DNA of 11,155 bases, taken from the NCBI GenBank assembly GCA_039091855.1, contig JAWCLA010000025.1:1-11155 (forward strand), given 5' to 3'. This document shows positions 1-7,625 of this stretch, piece by piece. This stretch comes from Candidatus Aenigmatarchaeota archaeon (GTDB taxonomy: Archaea > Aenigmatarchaeota > Aenigmatarchaeia > QMZP01). Made by a program: the position numbers and the translations under genes. Below the pieces are notes generated by a model that saw only the letters and a program-made list of their open reading frames with translations, searched no databases and was not told the origin of the DNA. Position 1 is the stretch's first letter, and each line of letters starts with the position of its first letter.

Positions 1-179
1 ATCTGGTATCCAAGATGGCTTATTGTCAATATTATGTCAGTTATGCCATAGTTCTTCAAGTATGATATTATGTGTTCCAGAATTGGCCTTTCCTTGAATG
101 GCAGGAGAGGCTTTGGCACAATATGGGTAAAAGGCCTTAACCTCGTTCCCTTCCCTCCAGCAAGAATGACGGCTTTCAT
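1..179 (-). CDS. Sugar-phosphate nucleotidyltransferase (NTP_transferase family), N-terminal part; runs off the window start
   Basis: Manual translation from the ATG at 179 (minus): MKAVILAGGKGTRLRPFTHIVPKPLLPFKERPILEHIISYLKNYGITDIILTISHLGYQ. It contains the LAGGxGTRLxPxTxxxPKPLLP signature. Not in the supplied ORF track. Confidence 0.93.
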   Translation of the reverse strand, partial: MKAVILAGGKGTRLRPFTHIVPKPLLPFKERPILEHIISYLKNYGITDIILTISHLGYQ

Positions 180-200
180 ATATTAATATCTTCCGAATGT

Positions 201-216
201 ATTAAAAAGTTTTTTT
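201..216 (-). promoter_or_regulatory. Putative BRE/TATA promoter of the nucleotidyltransferase (probably leaderless)
   Basis: Minus strand reads an A-run, then C-TTTTTAAT; the TATA-like box is 22-29 nt upstream of the ATG at 179. Confidence 0.5.
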
Positions 217-353
217 GGAACGGCTCACCAAATTAACAACTCTTGATAAATCAATGTAAAGAAAGAGTCAAGTTCCAAGAGATGTTACGTATAATAGCGA
301 AGATCGAAATATAATGCAGCAATTTATGAAGTGATTTCATAATATTCAGGTCA

Positions 354-1091
354 TTACTTGTCATAACTTGAAAAAATAACGGCATCTAAAACACAAGGAA
401 AAATATCAGACTCAGAACACCACTTTTGGATACCGTCCATAATCAATTCATAATAATTTTCATCAGATAATCCAGATGCAGATAATCTAAAAGGAAACCC
501 GTTTTTGTTTAACCATTTTATAATTCTGCTATCAATAGGAATTTCATATCTTGTTAGACCCAGGTCCTGCCAAAGGTTTCTTGATTGTTTAGGTCCAATG
601 CCTTTGAGCCTTTGGACTAATAAACAAGCTTTTCTTTCAATTTTGATTTTTTCTAAATTCGGGTTTTTTCTCGCTTCAACCAATTCATCATAAATTTCAT
701 TAACATTTTTCCAAAAACCATTTTCTAACAAACTAAAATTGTATTTAATTTCTTCACTGATTCTATTAGTTCTTCTTATTCCTCCAAATTTAGTTAAAAT
801 CTTAAAGGCATCTTTTTGCAGGTTTTCAGATTTTTTGCAAAAGTCATAATTCAAAGGAAACGGATTGAAAGTTAAGAATTTAAAAATTTTACTATTAGGT
901 CCTGATCTTTGTCGCGTTGTCAGAAGGCAGGAAATAATTTGTTTCCAAAATTCTTCTTTTGAAAAAAGAGGTGGATTATCTAATAAATTTCTTTTTATCC
1001 TTATTTTTACAAAATTATTTTCTTTGTGTATATTAACAAAACCCGTAAGCAATTTTATATCTTCATCTGTTATTATCCATTTAAATTTCAT
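354..1091 (-). CDS. HhH DNA glycosylase/AP-lyase-like protein, Ogg2 (8-oxoguanine glycosylase)-like, 245 aa
   Basis: HhH motif LKGIGPKQSRN with Lys at the catalytic position, followed by IPIDSRI (catalytic Asp); N-terminal EEFWKQIISCLLT and C-terminal VLDAVIF follow the archaeal Ogg2 pattern. Start placed at ATG 1091 (MKFKW) rather than the TTG at 1136. Confidence 0.65.
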   Translation of the reverse strand: MKFKWIITDEDIKLLTGFVNIHKENNFVKIRIKRNLLDNPPLFSKEEFWKQIISCLLTTRQRSGPNSKIFKFLTFNPFPLNYDFCKKSENLQKDAFKILTKFGGIRRTNRISEEIKYNFSLLENGFWKNVNEIYDELVEARKNPNLEKIKIERKACLLVQRLKGIGPKQSRNLWQDLGLTRYEIPIDSRIIKWLNKNGFPFRLSASGLSDENYYELIMDGIQKWCSESDIFPCVLDAVIFSSYDK

Positions 1092-1163
1092 ATTAAAAGA
1101 ATATTGTGAACTAACTTTATTAATTTGACCAAACAAAATGTTCGCTTAATAAAAAGCGAGTTT

Positions 1164-1301
1164 TCATTCCCCTGAAACAGCCCTTTTTCTTGCGCCCCAA
1201 AAGACAATGCTGCCGAGAAAAAATATTATCAACAGTGAAAGCCCGTAAAAAGCCGGCGGATTTGCTATCAGCATACCTATTAGGTCGGTTTCCCCTGCCA
1301 T
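1164..1301 (-). CDS. Small single-pass membrane protein, 45 aa
   Basis: Manual translation MAGETDLIGMLIANPPAFYGLSLLIIFFLGSIVFWGARKRAVSGE*. One hydrophobic helix followed by RKR; fills the gap between two same-strand genes. Confidence 0.6.
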   Translation of the reverse strand: MAGETDLIGMLIANPPAFYGLSLLIIFFLGSIVFWGARKRAVSGE

Positions 1302-1339
1302 AATGATCAATTAATAAATATTGGAAACAGAATTAAAAA

Positions 1340-2887
1340 CTAACGCTCAAGAATGAAATACTTCCTGTTCTTCTCAATCTCTGGAATCTCTGCCAGCATC
1401 ATCTCGGAGGTTTTGCCTATTCCCATCACGGTCAGGTCATTCTCCGACATTTGATCAAGCGTGCGCTCGAGCTTGTATCCCTTTTCAGCGAAAATCTCGA
1501 AAATCGTTTCGCCCTTCTTGACGCTGTCGCCTGTTTTTTTGTGGAGGAGTATCCCTGCTCCCTTGTCCTTCGGTGCGCCAGCCTCCCTGGCTATCTGGAC
1601 GATGGCTGTGTTGTTTATCCACAACACCTTTCCGGAAACCTTTGACTTTATCTGTAGCGATTCTTTTCCTATTGGTATATCCTCTGGTCTGATTTTCGGG
1701 TCACCGCCCTGCTCCCCTATTATTTGCCTGAACTTCCTCTCTGCCTTTCCTGACCTTATGATATCCATTGCTTTCTTATATCCATTCCTGATTCCTGCAA
1801 ACTTGAAGAGGACTGCACAGAGGTCGCAGACCTTGTCAAGCTGGTCCTGAGGAATCCTGTGTCCCGAAAGAATGTGGAGCGCTTCCCTCGCCTCAAGCGC
1901 TGGTCCTATTCCAAACCCTATCGGCTGCTCTCCAAACGTTGAAACGCACTCTACCCTTATGCCAAGTTTTTTCCCGAGTTCTATAAAGTTATTGCCCATT
2001 TCCTTCGCTTCATTTATCGTTCTTATCTTCACACCCTTCCCTGTCGGTATGTCAACCACAAGGTATTTTGAGCCTATTGCCTTCTTTTTTGACATCACCG
2101 AAGGCAGGAGAAGCGGGTCTATTGAAAGTGGATGCTCTATTTCTATGAATATGTCATCGGCAGGCGCCAGGTCAAGTGCACCTCCCCATACCAAGCAACC
2201 ATTGGTTTTCCTTACAACCCTTTTTATGTCATCGACAGAAAGGCTTACCGGGCATATGCATTCCATCTTGTCAGCTGTCCCGGCAGGAGCGGTTATTGCT
2301 CGCGAAGAGGTTTTTGCTATCGTAAGCCCTGCCGCAGCAACAGTTGGCACGAGAATCATAGACGTCTTGTCGCCGGGAACGCCACCAATGCTGTGCTTGT
2401 CATAAAGTGTTTTGTTTGTAAGCTTGAGCTTTTTTCCTGTTTCCACCATTGCCATAGAAAGAGCCGCTGCCTCTTCCATTGACATTGTCCTGTGATAGAG
2501 ACTTATTACAAACGATGTTATCTCTATTTCTGAAAGCTTGTGGTCAACAACATCATTAACTATCTGCCTTATTTCCATTGGCTTAAGGACTTTTCCTTCA
2601 AGCCTGCTTTTTATGTATGCCAGAGATTCTGGTGGTTCAGCAGGCTCGACCCTTATTTTTGTGCCTTTCTTTACGCACAAACCTTCCTCAACGCAGCCGT
2701 AAAGCCCTATCTCTCCAGGCTTCACAAAACTTTCTGTTATGTTCACTATGCCTATTTCTTTTTTGCCGTTGCAGGAGAGTTCAACCCTGTCCAATGCCCT
2801 GATGTCAAGCTCTTCTGCATCCTCCCTGTTTAGAATCACGATGGGTTTTTTCGCTTCCACGTATAACGGTTTTGCCTTGAGAAACAT
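1340..2887 (-). CDS. deoA: AMP phosphorylase (archaeal NMP phosphorylase, thymidine phosphorylase family)
   Basis: 515 aa with the extra N-terminal domain typical of archaeal AMP phosphorylases and motifs DKHSIGGVPGDKT, KTSSRAITAPAGTAD, WGGALDLAPADD, SVMSKK, QPIGFGIGPALEARE, AGAPKDKGAGI. Confidence 0.95.
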   Translation of the reverse strand: MFLKAKPLYVEAKKPIVILNREDAEELDIRALDRVELSCNGKKEIGIVNITESFVKPGEIGLYGCVEEGLCVKKGTKIRVEPAEPPESLAYIKSRLEGKVLKPMEIRQIVNDVVDHKLSEIEITSFVISLYHRTMSMEEAAALSMAMVETGKKLKLTNKTLYDKHSIGGVPGDKTSMILVPTVAAAGLTIAKTSSRAITAPAGTADKMECICPVSLSVDDIKRVVRKTNGCLVWGGALDLAPADDIFIEIEHPLSIDPLLLPSVMSKKKAIGSKYLVVDIPTGKGVKIRTINEAKEMGNNFIELGKKLGIRVECVSTFGEQPIGFGIGPALEAREALHILSGHRIPQDQLDKVCDLCAVLFKFAGIRNGYKKAMDIIRSGKAERKFRQIIGEQGGDPKIRPEDIPIGKESLQIKSKVSGKVLWINNTAIVQIAREAGAPKDKGAGILLHKKTGDSVKKGETIFEIFAEKGYKLERTLDQMSENDLTVMGIGKTSEMMLAEIPEIEKNRKYFILER

Positions 2888-3074
2888 TTTCCTTCCTCTT
2901 TTGCCATATTAATTAATTTGTATATATTATATCCTTGTCCGTATTTAAGCCAATATAAATAACCCACCATTTACAGGTCATTTATTCCAAAAACAAGAAA
3001 AAATCTGCGATAGCTTTAAAAGCTTATTCCGTATGCGCTTAAAAATTTTTGCATTTATAGTAAAAGTAGGTACC

Positions 3075-5231
3075 ATGAAAGGGAAATTCTTTGTGATTGG
3101 GCTTCTGCTTGTTTTGGGAAGCATTATCACGGCTGATGATGTTGTTGGGCAGGTCTGGGCGCAGAGCTTCGAGCTTGAAATTATTCCTTCCTCTGTTTCA
3201 ACCTGCACCTGCAGCTCACTGACTCCGCAGAATGTCCAGATATCAGTCAAGAACCTTTACCAGTATGCAGACACATTCTCATTTACAGTTGAGGCTCCAC
3301 CAGGCTTCACGTCCACGATCCAGAGCAACGTTATGGTTAACCCTGGCGAAAAAAGGAATCTTGATTTGTTTCTTGTGAACATTGGTTGCAATGTTCAGCC
3401 AGGACCTTATAAGCTAAAGATAAAGGCAAAATCGGGCACAACAGGAGAAACAATAACAAAAACAGTTGACATTGATGTAATGAATTGCTATGAGGTTCAG
3501 CTTGAGATAGAGAGCAAGTTCAGGGAGCTTTGCAGGGAGGAAAACAAGTCCGTGATTTTTGACATGATTATAAAAAACAAGGGCAAGTACACCGACACCT
3601 ATGAACTAACTGCATCAGTTCCTTGGGCTCTTTTTTCAGACAACAGCTTTACAATAGAGGCTGGAAAGTCAAAGAGTGTAGGGCTTGCTCTTGTGCCGCC
3701 TGAGACAGCAACAGGATTGCAGAATGTTAATGTTGTAGTTAAATCGCAGAAATTCTACTCAACGGACAGCGAAACGGTGCAGATTGACATAAAGGATTGC
3801 TATCAGATGTCTGCGGACCTTCAGCCAAGTGAGGCAAAGATATGCCTTGGGGAAACAGTTACGCAAAAATTGACAATAACCAACACGGGCTTGAGGGAAG
3901 ACAACTTTTCCATCTCTGTTCCAAACTGGGTAACTTTGGACAGGCAGTCTGTCTCAATAAGCCCAAAGAAAACAGGTGATGTGAAACTTACCTTTACACC
4001 CAGCCAGAAAGGAAGGACACAATTCATTATTAATGTCACTTCTTCAAATGACCCGAAAATCTTAAAAACAATCTCATCGGTTGTTGACGCGGAGGAGTGC
4101 AGGGGAGTTGCTGTTATAGTGTCTCCTTCAAAGTCAACAGTATGCCAAGGCGTGAAGTCTGATTTTCTTGTTTCTGTTAAGAACCTCGGAAAGATACAGG
4201 ACAGCTTCAACCTCACTTCAAACATAGGCGTTTTGGAAGTTAACAAGGTTGTCCTTGGTCCGGGGGAAACTGAGGAATTGAAGCTTGAGGTTTCAAACAT
4301 AACTGTACCGGGAACTTACAAGATAAGGGTAAGGGCAGAATCGGGTGATGTTTCTGACGAGGGAACGGCCGAGTTCATTGTGGAAAACTGTTATTCAGCC
4401 TCAGTTGACATTTCACCTCAAAATCACTCAACCTGCGCAGGTTCTCCTGTCAGCTACACTGTTGCAGTGAAGAACACGGGAAAGCTTGCAGAGGAGTTTA
4501 TGGTTTCAGTTGAAAGCGATTTAGGTAACGAAACAAGGTCCGTAAAACTTCAACCGGGAGAGGCAAAGACAGAGAATTTTGTTGTTTCAGTTCCCCTTCT
4601 CGCTGAAGGAAGGGAGCATTCAATAAAAGCGTCGGCGAAATCTGTCCATACCTCTGCAGAGATAATGACAACGCTTCTTGTCAAGTCTGCACCGCAATGC
4701 CATTCAGTTCAGGTATGCACGGTTGAGGATAAGCTTGTCGCTCTCTGCAACGCGACAGCAATACCTGTTATTATAAAGAATACGGGAGAGAAGAGTGACA
4801 AGTACAACATAAGCGTTGAGGCACCTTCCTGGGTTTACCTGAGCCCTGATTATGCAGAGCTTGCTCCCGGCAAGCAACAGATAGTTTATCTCTACCTTTC
4901 ACCCTGCATAGGAGTTGAAAAGGGCGTTTACGAGCTTAAGCTTAATGTAATCTCGCCTAACACAAGGACACAGTATGAAGTTGGGGTTGGTGTGGTTCCG
5001 GAGATAACAGGCACCCCACCTGAAGAAAAAATTGTGTGCAAAGGTCCTCCTGCCCCGCCTGCAATCACAGAGAATGTAACAGCAGGAAATGTAACACAGC
5101 CAGTAACAGGAAACGTAACAGGGCTCATACTTGGAATTGACACAAACACCTGGAAGATAATAGCAATAGTTATAATAACCCTGGTAATAATAATAATTCT
5201 CGCAATAAGGTTCATACTGCTGGCGAAATAG
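3075..5231 (+). CDS. Secreted, C-terminally membrane-anchored surface protein with about six Ig-like (NEW3/CARDB/COG1470-like) repeats
   Basis: From ATG 3075: signal-peptide-like MKGKFFVIGLLLVLGSII..., ~100-aa modules with xNxGxxxD/E-F/Y motifs, a Pro/Thr-rich linker with NVT sequons, and a C-terminal hydrophobic helix with basic residues. The ORF-track start at 3033 is less likely. Confidence 0.8.
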   Translation: MKGKFFVIGLLLVLGSIITADDVVGQVWAQSFELEIIPSSVSTCTCSSLTPQNVQISVKNLYQYADTFSFTVEAPPGFTSTIQSNVMVNPGEKRNLDLFLVNIGCNVQPGPYKLKIKAKSGTTGETITKTVDIDVMNCYEVQLEIESKFRELCREENKSVIFDMIIKNKGKYTDTYELTASVPWALFSDNSFTIEAGKSKSVGLALVPPETATGLQNVNVVVKSQKFYSTDSETVQIDIKDCYQMSADLQPSEAKICLGETVTQKLTITNTGLREDNFSISVPNWVTLDRQSVSISPKKTGDVKLTFTPSQKGRTQFIINVTSSNDPKILKTISSVVDAEECRGVAVIVSPSKSTVCQGVKSDFLVSVKNLGKIQDSFNLTSNIGVLEVNKVVLGPGETEELKLEVSNITVPGTYKIRVRAESGDVSDEGTAEFIVENCYSASVDISPQNHSTCAGSPVSYTVAVKNTGKLAEEFMVSVESDLGNETRSVKLQPGEAKTENFVVSVPLLAEGREHSIKASAKSVHTSAEIMTTLLVKSAPQCHSVQVCTVEDKLVALCNATAIPVIIKNTGEKSDKYNISVEAPSWVYLSPDYAELAPGKQQIVYLYLSPCIGVEKGVYELKLNVISPNTRTQYEVGVGVVPEITGTPPEEKIVCKGPPAPPAITENVTAGNVTQPVTGNVTGLILGIDTNTWKIIAIVIITLVIIIILAIRFILLAK

Positions 5232-5235
5232 CAAA

Positions 5236-5414
5236 TTACGGCTTTTCGAGCTGCCGCTTCCAAATCTCGAAAGACGGCCTTGTATGGTTTGTCCAAGCCG
5301 TCAATCCCAATTCGGCCGTATAGCAAAAACCTGAGAAAAATTTTTACGGCTTTTCGAGCTGCCGCTTCCAAATCTCGAAAGACGGCCTTGTATGGTTTGT
5401 CCAAGCCGTCAATC
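5236..5414. repeat. Perfect 71-bp direct repeat (5236-5306 and 5344-5414), each copy with two stem-loops
   Basis: TTACGGCTTTTCGAGCTGCCGCTTCCAAATCTCGAAAGACGGCCTTGTATGGTTTGTCCAAGCCGTCAATC occurs twice, separated by 37 bp, between convergent genes. Confidence 0.95.
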
Positions 5415-5543
5415 TAACTTTGGCCTGAATATGCCGCCGGCGCATTTTTGAGCATCCATATCAGCAGGTATGTTGTGCCACAGGCACCTGCCGACTTTTT
5501 TTGTTACAGGAACGAAAAACCTGCATTCAGAACACTTAGGCAT
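5409..5543 (-). CDS. 44-aa Cys-rich mini-protein, putative Fe-S/metal binding (HpdC/BssC-like Cys pattern)
   Basis: Manual translation MPKCSECRFFVPVTKKVGRCLWHNIPADMDAQKCAGGIFRPKLD*. The ATG overlaps the upstream stop (ATGCCTAA) and is preceded by AAGGAGGAAGGAT (strong SD-like sequence). Confidence 0.75.
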   Translation of the reverse strand: MPKCSECRFFVPVTKKVGRCLWHNIPADMDAQKCAGGIFRPKLD

Positions 5544-6177
5544 ATCCTTCCTCCTTCCTGTATTCAAAATATGAGTAAACAGTCGTGAATATGAAAATTA
5601 ATATCAAAACGAACAGCAACAGGATAAAAAAATCCTGCGAAACGAAAAATCCGAGCAGGAAAACTATAGAGTATGCCTCAAGCAGCCTGCCTCCAAGGCG
5701 GTTGGTTTTTTCCCAAACCTTGTCGCTGCTGAGCGTCCAGGGTGTTCTTATCCCAATGAACCAGTTCCTCTTGGATTTCGTGCAAAGGAATCCAACATAA
5801 AACAAAAGCGAAGAAACGCAGGGTATTATGGCTTTTGCTGTATCAATTCCCAATCCTAGATTTGATGCAGCGACAATAAGATAAATGTAAAGCATAAAAC
5901 CTGCAGACAAAACAACCATCCCGTCATAATAAATTATGAATTTTTTTATGTTCTTCCTGAGCGGGTCGATTTTTGGTATAACAAGCAAAAGCCCGTAAAT
6001 TCCCAATGCAAGGCTCAGGAAAAACGCGGAAAAAAACTCTTTGCTCATAAAGCCATCAGGCTTTCCCTGAAAGTTCCAGTGAGTAACAATTATTTCAGGA
6101 AGCAGGAAGTAAAGCCAGGCAACTGCAAATGCCAACAATAGAAAAATCCCGAGTGAGAGATATTGGAGTTTTCTCAT
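5536..6177 (-). CDS. SdpI/YhfL family membrane protein with N-terminal DUF1648, 213 aa
   Basis: Motifs LPEIIVTHWNFQGKPDGFMSK and RNWFIGIRTPWTLSSDKVWEKTNRLGG; several TM helices. Start at ATG 6177 avoids overlap with the divergent carbamate kinase. Confidence 0.9.
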   Translation of the reverse strand: MRKLQYLSLGIFLLLAFAVAWLYFLLPEIIVTHWNFQGKPDGFMSKEFFSAFFLSLALGIYGLLLVIPKIDPLRKNIKKFIIYYDGMVVLSAGFMLYIYLIVAASNLGLGIDTAKAIIPCVSSLLFYVGFLCTKSKRNWFIGIRTPWTLSSDKVWEKTNRLGGRLLEAYSIVFLLGFFVSQDFFILLLFVLILIFIFTTVYSYFEYRKEEGYA

Positions 6178-6208
6178 ATTATTTAGTTTGTTTGTAAAAA
6201 TATATAAT
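6178..6208. promoter_or_regulatory. Compact divergent promoter region (31 bp)
   Basis: TTATATAT on the minus strand (6200-6207) lies 23-30 nt before ATG 6177; a weaker TTATTTAG on the plus strand (6179-6186) lies 23-30 nt before ATG 6209. Confidence 0.5.
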
Positions 6209-7111
6209 ATGAAATCCCGAAAAAACCTTGTGGTCATAGCCTTGGGTGGGAACAGCCTTCTTAGAGCAAGAGAGAAGTTTTCCATTCACAATGAGATCGA
6301 GCATGTCAGGAATGCCTGCCTTATGATAAGCAGGATTTCCAAAATGGGTCACAGGATCGTAATCACGCACGGAAACGGCCCGCAGGTTGGAGAGATTCTT
6401 TTGAGACAAAAACAATCAAAAAACCTCCCCCCGCTGCCGCTTGATGTCTGCGTTGCCCAGACGCAGGGAGAGATAGGATACATAATCCAGAGGGAGCTAA
6501 TGCCTCTTGTAAAAAAGCCTGTTGTAACAATCCTAACACAGGTGGTTGTGAATAGGAAAGACCCTGCATTCAAAAACCCAACAAAATTCATAGGCCCGTT
6601 TTTCCAAAAAAAGCAGCCTGGAATGAAAAGGGATTCCAACAGGGGATACAGGAAGGTAGTCCCTTCTCCTGAACCACTTGAGATTGTGGAGACAGGGGAA
6701 ATTCGCAGGCTGATTGATGAGGATTTCATAGTAATAGCCTGTGGAGGCGGGGGAATACCTGTTTTCAGGACAAAAACGGGATTTGAAGGTGTAGAGGCAG
6801 TGATAGACAAGGATTTGGCTTCGGAAAGGCTTGCCACTTCCCTGCAAGCTGAAACGCTTCTCATCCTTACAGATGTCCCTTTCGTTTACAGGGATTATGG
6901 GACAAAAAGCCAGGAACCTCTCCGCAAACTCTCTATTTCAGATGCACTATCGCTTTATAATTCCGGCCAGTTCCCTCCCGGAAGTATGGGTCCAAAAATG
7001 CTGGCATCTATAAGGTTCATAAAAAATGGCGGTTCAAGGTCCATAATAACATCGCCTGAAAAGGCGGTTGATGCGCTGAAAGGAAAGACGGGGACGGAGA
7101 TAGTTTATTAG
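6209..7111 (+). CDS. arcC: Carbamate kinase
   Basis: Motifs VIALGGNSLL, ITHGNGPQVG, AQTQGEIGY, DPAFKNPTKFIGPF, RKVVPSPEP, GGGGIPV, GVEAVIDKD, FPPGSMGPK. Start at ATG 6209. Confidence 0.96.
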   Translation: MKSRKNLVVIALGGNSLLRAREKFSIHNEIEHVRNACLMISRISKMGHRIVITHGNGPQVGEILLRQKQSKNLPPLPLDVCVAQTQGEIGYIIQRELMPLVKKPVVTILTQVVVNRKDPAFKNPTKFIGPFFQKKQPGMKRDSNRGYRKVVPSPEPLEIVETGEIRRLIDEDFIVIACGGGGIPVFRTKTGFEGVEAVIDKDLASERLATSLQAETLLILTDVPFVYRDYGTKSQEPLRKLSISDALSLYNSGQFPPGSMGPKMLASIRFIKNGGSRSIITSPEKAVDALKGKTGTEIVY

Positions 7112-7118
7112 TCGTGTA

Positions 7119-7125
7119 TTTATAA
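7119..7125 (+). promoter_or_regulatory. Putative TATA box for tspO
   Basis: TTTATAA 23-29 nt upstream of ATG 7148; no SD visible before the ATG. Confidence 0.5.
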
Positions 7126-7147
7126 GTCAGCAAAAAATATCTAAAAG

Positions 7148-7615
7148 ATGAAAAACTACCAGAAGCTCATAATCTCAGTTTTGATACCCTTATCAGTTGG
7201 TTTTTTGGGATCTTTCTTTACTTCCAGCTCTGTCGAAAGCTGGTACTTGACGCTGAACAAGCCAGAATTCAACCCGCCTAACTGGCTGTTTGCGCCTGTG
7301 TGGACTTTTCTTTTCATACTTATGGGGGTTTCATTTTACCTTGTGTGGAAAATTGATTTTGGAGGCAAGAGAAATTCCCTGATTGGGATTTATTCCTTTC
7401 AGCTTTCACTCAATTTGCTGTGGTCCCTTCTTTTTTTCGGCATAAGAAACCCGTTTTTTGCCCTTGTAGAAATAATCTTTTTGTGGTTCGCAATTATGAT
7501 GAACGTTTTAGTTTTTTACAAGGCATCAAAAAATTCAGGGCTTTTATTGATACCATATCTGATGTGGGTAAGCTTCGCCTCTGTTCTTAATTATTTTGTA
7601 GTTATTCTTAACTAA
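7148..7615 (+). CDS. tspO: TspO/MBR tryptophan-rich sensory protein
   Basis: Motifs WYLTLNKPEFNPPNWLFAPVWT, QLSLNLLWSLLFFG, LLIPYLMWVSFASVLNY. Confidence 0.95.
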   Translation: MKNYQKLIISVLIPLSVGFLGSFFTSSSVESWYLTLNKPEFNPPNWLFAPVWTFLFILMGVSFYLVWKIDFGGKRNSLIGIYSFQLSLNLLWSLLFFGIRNPFFALVEIIFLWFAIMMNVLVFYKASKNSGLLLIPYLMWVSFASVLNYFVVILN

Positions 7616-7625
7616 GGGGATAAAA

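Noticed and set aside
180-353. Possible ~29-codon minus-strand ORF after the glycosylase
   Set aside because: Too short, no motif or clear translation signal; compatible with chance in AT-rich DNA.
4928-5404. 158-aa minus-strand ORF with an internal peptide repeat
   Set aside because: The peptide repeat is a by-product of the 71-bp DNA duplication, and the rest is antisense to the surface-protein gene.
5236-5414. Mini-CRISPR (repeat-37 bp spacer-repeat) or tRNA
   Set aside because: 71 bp is well above usual CRISPR repeat length, there are only two copies and no cas genes. No T-loop or D-loop consensus for a tRNA on either strand.
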